A DNA stretch of 64,000 nt from Lenisia limosa (lineage: Eukaryota > Protista > Breviatea). The stretch is taken from the NCBI GenBank assembly GCA_001655205.1, contig LPNZ01008880.1, positions 12,775-76,774 on the forward strand. The letters run 5' to 3'. Below are positions 24,072 to 38,469 of the stretch, in pieces. The position numbers were made by a program, and so were the translations under genes. Below the pieces are notes generated by a model. That model saw nothing but the letters and a program-made list of their open reading frames with translations, was not told where the DNA came from and searched no databases. Numbering within the stretch: position 1 is the first letter of the stretch; the number at the start of each line of letters is the position of its first letter.

Positions 24072-24154
24072 GGATATAAAATAATAAAATATAAAAAAAT
24101 TCGGTTTTGTCATTGAGATCACCCAATAGTTTGGGATCAGACTGTGTGATACTT

Positions 24155-27875
<3,721 letters not shown>

Positions 27876-27964
27876 GCCGCCCATCAGCTGCCGGCACCTT
27901 TATCCACCCAACAAACAACTTCTCACTGTTGGGCTTCGGGATGGTGTTGGCAACTCTGGGCGGC
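27876..27964 (+). promoter_or_regulatory. Long RNA hairpin starting 6 nt after the Sec UGA (SRE-like)
   Basis: Four stacked helices: 27876-83/27957-64 (8 bp), 27889-98/27943-52 (10 bp, 2 GU), 27902-05/27939-42, 27907-13/27927-33; 13-nt loop. Confidence 0.6.
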
Positions 27965-28019
27965 GAGCGGCCTGTTTGGATACTTAGCATTTAAATGGGC
28001 TTCCTGTGATTTGGGTACC

Positions 28020-28082
28020 TTTTGTCAATTTGTGACGTCTGGGGGGCCACTGTTTACAACTCCTTAGATTGAGATGACAAAA
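28020..28082 (+). promoter_or_regulatory. Eukaryotic SECIS element (GUGA core, apical CC)
   Basis: Helix I TTTTGTCA/TGACAAAA; core GTGAC (28032-36) opposite TGAG (28070-73) giving tandem GA/AG; helix II 28037-46/28060-69 (10 bp); apical loop starts CC; about 150 nt 3' of the in-frame UGA. Confidence 0.85.
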
Positions 28083-29476
28083 CCATGTTTCGTGTTTACC
28101 CTCTTCAAATGTATAATTATGGATTTTCAAAAGGGATTTGCGTGAATATGTTACTTTTTGAAAGTGTTAAAATGCCGCTATTTTCTATGAGAAACGATAT
28201 AAGTAACATACCGTTGAAGAGAGGTGCCGAGGTTCGGAGGCTACGCAATCCTAAGAAGGTCAAACAAAATGTTTTTTATTATAACATTTCAATACTAGAT
28301 GCATTAAGCTCCTTTTGCACAAAGCTATTTTTGGGGTGTTTTGGAGCTAAATACAAGCGTACTATATTTGCTTTGTAGAAAGAGATAAAGAGAGGCAAAA
28401 GTCTCTTAGTTGAAAAGAAAAACAGCATTTAGCTCAATCCACCTCCCGAGCAGGATCAGAGTATAAAAATAGTATTCAGCTATATTTTGCTGAGTATAAA
28501 ATGAGCTGCTGAGTAGAAACGTTACGGGCTCCAGGTATCCTTAGATCGCAAAGAACTTGCATGAAAGTGACGTATATTGCTTGAAATCAACTACACAAAT
28601 CTCTGAAATACGTGAGATTTGAGACATCCAAAATGCAAGTAGCTTTGCTGACAAGAGGGAAAAGTTGTTTGACAATTTTAATATGTAAAGTTACTTTGAA
28701 ACACCATCATATAGAAGCACCACGCTGAAAAACAGAGGCCCGATGAAAGCTTATTATTTCATCAGACAATGAGTCTGAAGAGCACTACCCTCCACATTTC
28801 TTTAACTTGAAGTACTGCTACCTAATCAGCATAGGTAGCGTTCATAATCAGATTTTGTATCCGGCCCTATCTGTCACCTAGAACTTACCATAACTGAATT
28901 TTTATGAACCAATTAGGGAGTTGACACGTTTACTTCTGTATTTATTGTTTCTTACAGCATCATGCAATAAATACCAACAACTATGTGTAAAGAGGGTATT
29001 AGAGACCGAATATTCTTTGTCAACAATGACGTATCATATTCTCTTTTTTCAAAATCCAAAATATTTGTCAAAACAAGCAAGAACCAATTCCTACCATCAA
29101 TCACATAATACGGATTTGAAAAAATTATGGTTCCTCTTACCAAGAGTTGCGGGACGAAAAGTAAAGCCACAATGTGGAATTCCTGTTTTGTCATTAGTGG
29201 AGTGGAAAATAAGAAACTTCAAATTCTTTTGAATCTTTCAAATCCAAATGTTTAACTATGCAAAACCTTAAACCAGCATACGCAAAGCTTGCCTCAGCAG
29301 TAACATTTGATGTTAGATGGGAGAAATTGCTTGTTTGGGTATTGTTTAGTCAACCCTATCTTGAGTCATAAATAAGTTGTACCAGTGTATTTACAACTCT
29401 CTTGATAACATTCAGCAGCAGATTACTCCTTGAAGCACTCAGTTACTCAGATACAGCTCAGTTACATAGTTATATA

Positions 29477-29936
29477 ATGGCTCTCCGTCTGATTAGCTCG
29501 AGAGTGAGCCAACTAGTTCGACCATGTGTCAGAGTGAGTATTGCAGCTTCACATCTGGTGTATTTATGTCATTTAGGCGTTTTCTACAATGACTAATGAT
29601 AAACCATTGATCAGAACAAACATTGGAATTTTTGGTTGGGTTTAATTTCGTTGCTTGCCTCTTCTTACCCCCTGCAGGTGCAATGAATGTTGGAAAATCA
29701 ACTTTAATGAATGCCCTCACACAACAAGTATGAACTGCATCTTGGATGCTGTTGATCCCTTCATCATTCGAATACACACATTCCTGGCCTGATACACAAG
29801 GGGTGAATCTTTTTTTATGACCCTCTCTCTTCAAGCAGTGTATTATCTTATTTATTACAGGAAACTTCCATTGTTGATAGTACTCCTGGAACAACTGCAG
29901 ATGCAAAAATTGCTTTCATGGGTAACCGACTTTTTT

Positions 29937-29967
<31 letters not shown>

Positions 29968-32616
29968 CTTTCAAGAACTCCATGAAGTTGGTCCAACCAA
30001 ACTTTTCGACACTCCTGGCATTGATGAGACCGGATTACTTGGCGATAAGAAGAGAACTAAGGTTGGCAAGTCACTTCCAAGTGACGCTAACACTTCAGGT
30101 ATCAGGAATCATGCAGGAGACTGACGTCTCTGTCATTGTCGTAGATCCCTACAGGTATGCGTTGGGTGGTGAAAGCCTCATTATAATAGTGAGAGAACCA
30201 TTGTTGCCGCTGAGGGACTCCTTGAAGAAGCTCGCAAGGTCATGAAGGCGGTGGGTGGGAATTTTTTTGCAAAGGGTTGTCAGCAGAGTTATTTGTTAAC
30301 GAACTTTCGATAGGATATCCTTTAACGTAGTGTTTATTGACTACTCATTTCACCTTTATTGTACCATTTCCACATATTTATCCGATTATACATGTTTGCA
30401 CCTCACCCCACAGGCTCCCGAAAAGAAAACTTACATGGTCTACAATCTGATTGACAAATCAGTCAAGTCCTGGGAGTCTGACTACCAAAGGTTTGTAATG
30501 CGGGAGTTCTCACCACTTAGATACAACATTTCTGTAAACGAAATTCTGGATGGGCTTGAAGAGCGTTTTGGCTTTACCGAGGTTTGAGGGTTCTCTGATT
30601 TGGCAGTGTGCATGGGTAAAGATGACCGTTTAGACCGACAGTCTTCCTTCTTTGACTGTGAATATGGCTTCTGGTGAGGCTCCTTCACGCATTACTGAGT
30701 TTATCTCTACCAATGTAAGCAACCTTTGCAATAAAAATACGGCGACGTATGGTGTAAGCTACTATTTTGTTGAACAATTCACTGAATGTCAGGATCAATG
30801 CCCCCCCCCCTCCCTCATGTTCCCAAATGCTATTTCTGGGTTTTTTATTGTTACTACCCCATCCCGCACGTCCTTACGCATCAGACAAAGCGACATGTTG
30901 CAAACGTTCAGCTTCTCCCAGGCATGCTTTCTGAAGAGGTACAGTCATAGCCTTTGTCTCATTCTGTTAGGACAAGGACGGGATTGTTTTGCTGAATATT
31001 CCGATGGACGGTGAGACTCCTTCTGGTCGTCTTCTCAGACCTCAGGTAGGCCCATATACAGGATTTGTTTTTACTCTTTAGTCTATTTCTCTTGAAGCCC
31101 TTCTTAGAAACTTTGGTAGGTTACTGTCCTTTAATGCGCATGCCTATGAACATGGTGGCTGAGGCTCATTCAATAGTCACCACAGTTGCCTACCGTATGG
31201 ACCTCGGAGCCGGCAGATCAAGCGATCTTGATGCGAAACTGAGAGAGGAGGTTTGCTTGCTATGTACGAGATGAAAAATTGTAGTGACACCTAATTTGTT
31301 GATATACCATTGGTTGATATACCGGCACCAGTGTTTTGACAGAAATGTTCCTTAGCCTCTCTTTTACCTAAATTGGATTCTTCCAATCCATTGTTATTGA
31401 ATACATAGGAACGCTGGCGTAACACCATTGACTCCCTTGGTGACCGTCTTCGTCTTGTTATCACCGACAGGTTGGCTAACTTGCTTATTGCTCTGACTGT
31501 CAGCCAAGCCATGGACTGTGTTGCCCCCTGGACAATGGCCGACAACACTCCCACTGCGCCCATTACTACGTTCTCCATCATGATGGTATGCAATAGTGAT
31601 ATTAATTTACTGCGTAGATCAATTATTTGACCGGTGGCCGCCTCACCAATTTCATTGAAGGACTCCGCAAGTTCGACAACCTTAAGGTGTGGATGGGGGA
31701 GGGGGGGGGGGGNNNNNNNNNNNNNNNNNNNNNNNNNNNNNNNNNNNNNNNNNNNNNNNNNNNNNNNNNNNNNNNNNNNNNNNNNNNNNNNNNNNNNNNN
31801 NNNNTTTCAAATTTTTACAAAAATCATTCATTTTTAGTAAAAAGCAGAAAAAGATGACATTACTGACAGTATATTAGAGTATCCGCAAATAGTTGGTTTG
31901 TCACCCTCATTTGGGATGAAGATATTAGGTAGACCTCTCTGGAGACGAGATGTCAGGTTTACTGTATAGGATGGAGATCGAGTACTCATCTGCGAGGCCT
32001 GTAACCATGACCGTATTATTGATGACATTGGAACTGACCAGGTGAGCGATAGGCTCGAGGTTATCCTATTTCTCGAGATCACTGAACAGGGTCCTTATTC
32101 ATGCAGATTCCCAAGAAGATCACTGAACGCTTCGGTGATGGCGTTGGTTACGACTGGGCGTTCGGCCGCGAATACCAAAGCAAGGTCCGTCTTGGTACCG
32201 AACACAACTACCGCAGCATGCATACTGCTTTCCACTGATGTTGAACAGGATATGAATGACTACGATCTTGTGATCCATTGTGGCGGCTGCATGATTGATC
32301 AGCAGAAGATGACTGCTCGTCTTGCAGATATTGAGGTAAGTCACTTGCCTCATATGGCCATTCTCATTTATGTAGTCCACCGGAGTTCCCATCACCAACT
32401 ACGGACTTGTCCTCTCTCTCTTCCAAGTGGGAATTGTGATATTGGCTAGTTTCTCTCCAATATTATCAAACCTCTTTCAAAGATTGGTGTTTTGATGGTG
32501 TAGGATTGATACTAGCTTTGTTTACTACACATTCCTGTCTGTTATTTATTACCCCACAGAGCCCCCAGGCCCTTAACCGTGTTCTCGCCCCCTGGGGACT
32601 TTCGGCTAAGTTTTAG
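29477..32616 (+). CDS. hydF: [FeFe]-hydrogenase H-cluster maturation GTPase HydF with mitochondrial-type presequence, multi-exon
   Basis: MALRLISSRVSQLVRPCVRAFS presequence; IGIFGAMNVGKSTLMN, SIVDSTPGTTAD, LFDTPGIDE; cluster motifs EACNH and HCGGCM; GVPITNYG...ALNRVLAPW. Confidence 0.95.
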
Positions 32617-32859
32617 GTATATCATGTTTCCTTTTCTTATATATTATGAGGGTTTTTCGCCACTATTATAATATCAACACCAGTATTTATTACCCCACAG
32701 AGCCCCCAGGCCCTTAACCGTGTTCTCGCCCCCTGGGGACTTTCGGCTAAGTTTTAGGTATATCATGTTTCCTTTCTTATATATTTCTTGAATTCATTAT
32801 TCGTGACCATCAGACCAAGTATGAGGGTTTTTCGCCACTATTATAATATCGACACCAGT
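32543..32859 (+). repeat. Local duplication of the hydF 3' splice site, last exon and 3' flank (A-B-A-C-B layout)
   Basis: About 100-bp block at 32543-32645 repeated at about 32684-32785; 39-bp block at 32646-32684 repeated at 32821-32859. Confidence 0.85.
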
Positions 32860-32908
32860 TCAACAAAATATCTACATAAAATACATAATATCAAGTCAAA
32901 CATACAGT

Positions 32909-33892
32909 CTAGTCCTCGGACTTGGGAGGCTCTTCTTCGTCCCCCTTGTTTGCCTCAAGGGCTTTGGGAGCTTCAGAAGATGGGAAGAATTCATCAAATC
33001 TAAATGATTAAAAAGGAAGTACCCACGCGAAACACAGAGAACAGAACATCCATCAGCAAACCTTGACATGAAGGAATCCCTCTCCGCACCGTCCTCAATA
33101 CCGGACCAGATCTCCTCTTCAGATGACTCGTCACTTCCGTCCTAAAATATCACAACCGCTTATAACAAAAAGAGAATGTACTGAATAACAGTAATTCACC
33201 GACCTTATGGGAGCGGACTCTTTTTAATGACACGTCACCAATGGCTCGGATTTCTTCGTCAGTTTTTAATCCTAAAAAGGTCAACACGGGATGTTACAAG
33301 CGCTTAGTGCCAGAAATGCAAGTTTCAATATTACAATCCACAGCCAATCACCTGTGTCGCTGTTGTAGGATGACATAACACTATGAACCACATCACCCTT
33401 GCGAGAAATGTGTCGCCTGGATGAAGCAACATGAGACTACATGATGAGAAGAGATCAAGATCACACATATATTTAGCCAATAAGTCACAAATATAACCGA
33501 CCTTAGTCACTGGCTTGGGGGAACGGGGGGATGTAGGGCGAGAATGATGCTCCTTCTGGGAAGTGAACCATGAAAATGGCAAAATAAAAACCAGTTAAAA
33601 CCACTTTACTTACCTTCTTAGCAGGCTTTTGTTTGATTGTCTTCGGCTCATCTTCACGGTCATCCTCATCACGGTTCCAGACAAAGCCGAGAAGTCCGTC
33701 AACCGTCATGTCTTCAAGGTCGGCAAAGAAAGCTGGGTGTCGGCGGTAACGGTTGCGCCTGGCCCGCGGATAATAGAACAAGGGATCATCTTCAAGCAAG
33801 TCAGTCATGGAAAAGGGGTCCATGAAGGATCTTCTGGGGGCGAAGAAAGATCTTCTTGGGGAGCAGTTGTAGTGGGGGATGAAAGACAACAT
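32909..33892 (-). CDS. Probable myeloid leukemia factor (MLF)-like protein, multi-exon
   Basis: N-terminal RRSFMDPFSMTDLL; later HSVMSSYNSDTGLKTDEEIRAIGDVSLKRVRSHKDG...EEIWSGIE...SRFDEFF resembles the MLF core (SDSGL..IG..I.DR...FDEEW) by eye. Confidence 0.45.
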
Positions 33893-34277
33893 TGTTGTTG
33901 TTAAGCGGTGGAAAGACTTGAATTAGGATTGCTTGAAACAAAGTTCTTATTACTAGAGATTAACTATGAATTGATAGGAAACTCCCTTCTGCTCACTTTT
34001 ATAGTTGACTTGTCGCCATGCCCAAGATTCACAGAATTGTTCAAAGAATTGGGGCGTGAGATCACAGGGGGGACACACATATTGATCTATTTCTCAATGA
34101 AAACTACTTTAGTATTACAATAATAACAAAAATAAGGCTAAAAAGAAAGGCAGGTGGCGGCAACTGGGCGGCAAGGCGGAACGGTCGACCAAGGCTAATA
34201 CTGGTCCAAGCCTATTATATAGAGCAAACACTTCAATGAAAAAAAGGAAAAAAAGAAGTTGAAGTTGAATAGTGGTT

Positions 34278-37200
34278 ATGGAAGTAGATGAACTCATTAC
34301 CTCAGCTCTTGGCGGAATCGGATGGTTTGTGATGATTCCCTCTTGCTTATTTCTTCAGCTCCTTGCCTTCTTCAGGAGATATTGGAAGCCTGGATAGCAA
34401 TGGGCTTGTTCAATGCTGCGGAAAATGCTTGAAAGTAATTTTCGACTCCCGCGATGACAGCAGAGGTGGGCAGTCTCTTTCTTCGGTTTCTCTTTCTTAA
34501 ATAATTTATCTGCGCCTTTTTTAAACATTAAACACTGAAATGGAATAATTTAATGGAACCTTTCAGACTTCCCCACGTCCCTTCCCTCCTCCACTGCCGC
34601 CAAGTTCAGGGTTGGAACCACCCTTGCCAAGGGTGTTGAGGTGAGGGGTACAACGAGCCAACTCAACTGGAAACATTAAAAAAATATATATCGGTTATTG
34701 TTCCTTCAATGTATCCCTTGATAAAATGTCCCGTAAATATTTACAATCCTAGGAGCTTGGATTTAGTGACCCAATTGGATACAATGCCTTCCTCTACCCC
34801 AGCGCTTCTGATACCAAAAAGGTGAGGGGTTTGCAAATAGCTGCATTTAATAAATGGAAAATAAATCTTCTACTGGGCTGTTTGTTTACACGTGGTTCGT
34901 GTAATAGCTCTTCACTGTATGATTTGCAAATACATTTTTCAGCTCAACTCATCACAAAACAGCTTCTATCCTTTTTGGTTGAGCAGCTTCCCCGCGAAGA
35001 CAGCGACGACAAGGCTTTTGGAGGTATTTCTCTGGCCTTATAGATAATTTAGAGAAGTGTGTTGTTGTTTAAACGATTTTTGTAATAGGAAGTATACCCC
35101 CAAACATCACTACCACACACATCCGTTTTCACTTTTATCAAATCACCTTTCTCTCAAACACATCAAAATACTAACATCTTCAGGTGGTGCCGTGATATCT
35201 CAGGGATTACGTGACACTGTCATTTCCATGTTGAACAAGACCAAACAGGTAGGCCTTTTTGTTTGTCTTATGTTGGCTCTTCTGTTTGTGTTGTATTGGG
35301 TCATGGGTAGTGTTTGTTTACCAAATATCTCAATGTACGATGATGTGTTAATCCAATATAACTGATATTTAAGCATTTGAAATCATCTATTCTGTTTTGA
35401 GTGACACTTCATTGCTAGCAGTATCCATTCTGCTAACAGACACAGGGAATGCGGGCTAAGGTCAAGCCTGAAGTGGATATGAACTTCAATAAGCCCTACA
35501 GCCCCGTACGTCTGCTGATCCCTCGCCCTGGACCATACGTCTCAAAAAGTTGGCCGCTGGGCTGGATTGGGGTGTTTGTTTCTCAGGCAATAATGGGATA
35601 TAACCACATTTTCTGACACACCAGTTGATAAGAAGTTTCAAGAAACACACTTAACAACAGTGTCCGTTCAAGCTGGACCCAACCTTCTTGCCAGTCTTTT
35701 GGAGTATAATGACGTAGGTTCATCCCTCACTCGATCTCCCGTTTTTTTTTTGCGTTACACAATGGGGTTCTCTGTGTGTATATAATACATTGTTTCCAGT
35801 TTTTCTATNNNNNNNNNNNNNNNNNNNNNNNNNNNNNNNNNNNNNNNNNNNNNNNNNNNNNNNNNNNNNNNNNNNNNNNNNNNNNNNNNNNNNNNNNNNN
35901 NNNNNNNNNNNNNNNNNNNNNNNNNNNNNNNNNNNNNNNNNNNNNNNNNNGAAGAGTTCTACATCAAACACCAAAACAAGGTTGGATATTGCCCTTGAAA
36001 CTGTTCTTTCAGCTGTTTTTCTTTCCTCTGGCTTTACAGTCCTCCAGGATCGAGCTGATGCTATGAAGACCATTATGGCCGCCGCCCGTGCCGCCCCCCT
36101 CAAAAAGGCTGTTCTTGACAATGATGAACCATCAAGTGAGCCGCAAAGTCTAGTTATCTGGATAAAGCCTCTTGGTCTTTTCGGACCCGAAGGAGCAGAC
36201 ACGTTTCACACATCACTCATGAACGCAGACGCCCCCCTCTCTAAGCTTGAGATGGAGGCCGAATTTGCCAAGGACAAGCCTGAGACCCTTGGACCTGTCC
36301 AGACCAAGCCCGTTGACGAGGATGAAGAAGATGAGAAGGTCTGTTCATTTGATCCAATTTGATTTACCTCTCAGGTTGATGAAGAGACCCGCAGAGCAGA
36401 AGAGATCGCAGCTCTTGATGCTCAGGTTGACAAATTGGCTGATCTCCTGGCTAAGCTCCAGCGCGAAACCGAGGAATGCAGTCGCGCCTCGCGCCAAGTA
36501 TTTTGGGCCTTTTGTCACTGGGTGAAGTATTGGTTTCTTTCTTTAAATATTTTATTATCATTTTGTTATTATGTATTCAGGCCGAAGCAACCCTTGCTGA
36601 AGTGGAAGCACAGATACCTGATATGGAAGTTGAGTATAAGGTAGGCTCATGCTCCTATTTGTTCTTTACCCTGGTGTAACTAGGCTCTGTATTCAGCTCT
36701 CTCGATTCCTATCCATATTAACGCGTCATTCTTAATATTCTAGGCCAAGAAGAAGACTCTTGGACTCCTTGACGATGTCCCGGGAAATACGAAGAAAGTC
36801 GGTCTGGGTTGATGGTGTTTGGCAAATCAATGCGATATCAACTAATGCTTGCACGTCTGATGTTTTCAAAATGCCCCAATTACAAGGTACAAATCCCAAC
36901 TTTCAGTTGACAAAGCTTGGTCAAGAAGCCGCCCTGTCGCTGCAGGAGCGAGTTGAGCAATGGGAGACTGAACGGACTGCCCTTGTGGATCAGCATAGAA
37001 CAGCGAAGAAGAACTCTGAGAAGAGAAGGGTGGGTTGGTGGGCGAAGAAGAACTCTGGGAAGAGAAGGGTGGGTTGGTGGGCGAAGAAGAACTCTGGGAA
37101 GAGAAGCTTGGGTTGGGTGGGTTTTCCAAGGTCACCCTTTTGCTTCACCACATCGTGTCCTCTTGACTAACACGTGCAGGAAGAACTTCGTATGATGAAG

Positions 37201-38402
37201 GACAGTGTGAAGACAATCCGACAAGACGCCCGCGATGCCGAGGCTGAAGCCGCGGCCGCCAATGACACAATCGAACACCTCAAAAATGAGTCGAAGAAAA
37301 TCTCAAAGGTGGCTGGGTTGGTTTTTGGTCACACTGCAGGATATTGCCAGGTTTTTTTTAGCTTGCCCCACTGTTCGAGATTACTGTTCAATCTGATGCT
37401 TTAGGATGTCAGCCGCTCAAGCTACACTAAAAGAATTATGGACATCATTAAACAGATCAGAAAGCAGAAACTCGATATTGAGAAGGTAGCTTTTGTTTAC
37501 CTCGCCTTTGTCTGACCACCCATACCGTTTTCCTCACCTTGACTCTGTAGATTTTGGCGGACACGAGAACAGTCAACCGCGAGCTGAACGAAGCGACTGC
37601 AGCTTTGACCGCCACTTATGGAGATGTGGAAGAGGTGGGGGGGGGGGGGCTNNNNNNNNNNNNNNNNNNNNNNNNNNNNNNNNNNNNNNNNNNNNNNNNN
37701 NNNNNNNNNNNNNNNNNNNNNNNNNNNNNNNNNNNNNNNNNNNGGTAGTGTACCAGTCATGCACCCCTGTTTCAGTTAACACGGAGCCCTGTTGTTGAAC
37801 ATAGTTCACCGTTCTAGGAAGTCTTCAAGGTCACCAAGCTGAAGTCCAAGGCCGGCAACATGGCCAAAGAGGCATACCAGACCATTGTCAGTCTTCATGG
37901 CGTCTTCGACCAACTTAACAATGTGGGTGTTCATCCTTTGGCATTCCAAATCAATGTTACTGAATTGCCCTTATACTGCCGTTACAATGCAGAGCGTGGT
38001 GGAGATTGGCGAAGTGTCGAACACTGCACGTGACCTTGAGGCAAGAGCAACTCAGCTCGAAACTTCCGGTGGCCGGAAGGATAAGATGCTGAAGAATAGA
38101 CTGAGTTTTTTTTATTTTTGTTTTTTTATTTCATAACTGAGGTGTTTTATCAGTAGATTTGATAGCTTGTTTGTATTGTTTCAGCTACAAATGATTACGT
38201 TTCCATTTACCCCCATTTAGGTGTGGCTCTTCAACTCAATCGCATCCAATCGGACTTGAAGAAGATCACACAGGAGAATCAGGCTCTTGAGGGCAAAACG
38301 CCCAAGAAGGAGAAGAAAGACAAGAAGGACGACAAGAAAGAAGAAAAGAAGGAGAAAAAGGAAAAGAAAGAAAAGAAAGAGAAGAAGGAAAAGAAGGAGT
38401 AA
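34278..38402 (+). CDS. CCDC22: CCDC22 (CCC/Commander complex subunit), multi-exon
   Basis: MEVDELITSALGGIG, LVQCCGKCLKVI, AAKFRVGTTLAKG, ELGFSDPIGYNAFLYPS, LLSFLVEQLP; coiled-coil C-terminal half with SRSSYTKRIMDIIKQIRKQKLDIEKILADTRTVNRELN; Lys/Glu tail. Confidence 0.9.
37003..37119 (+). repeat. 39-bp x3 tandem repeat spanning a CCDC22 exon end and splice donor
   Basis: GCGAAGAAGAACTCTG(A/G)GAAGAGAAGGGTGGGTTGGTGG units start at 37003, 37042 and 37081 (third degenerate). Confidence 0.9.
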
Positions 38403-38469
38403 GTGGTTTTTATAATGTATTTCAGTTGAAAAAAAAAGGATTTATTCTACCATACCATACCAATGGGCT

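Noticed and set aside
27876-27964. The first 3'-UTR hairpin as the SECIS itself
   Set aside because: It has no UGA/GA quartet and lies too close to the UGA; a proper SECIS is at 28020-28082.
27985-29330. Possible intron-rich minus-strand gene whose last exon would overlap the SECIS antisense
   Set aside because: Several short GT-AG-bounded segments are open, but I could not build a continuous in-phase model, find a start or recognise a motif; needs RNA-seq.
34370-35050. Plausible minus-strand exon chain (RLPTSAVIAGVENYFQAF...)
   Set aside because: The plus strand encodes the clearly homologous CCDC22 N-terminus over the same bases.
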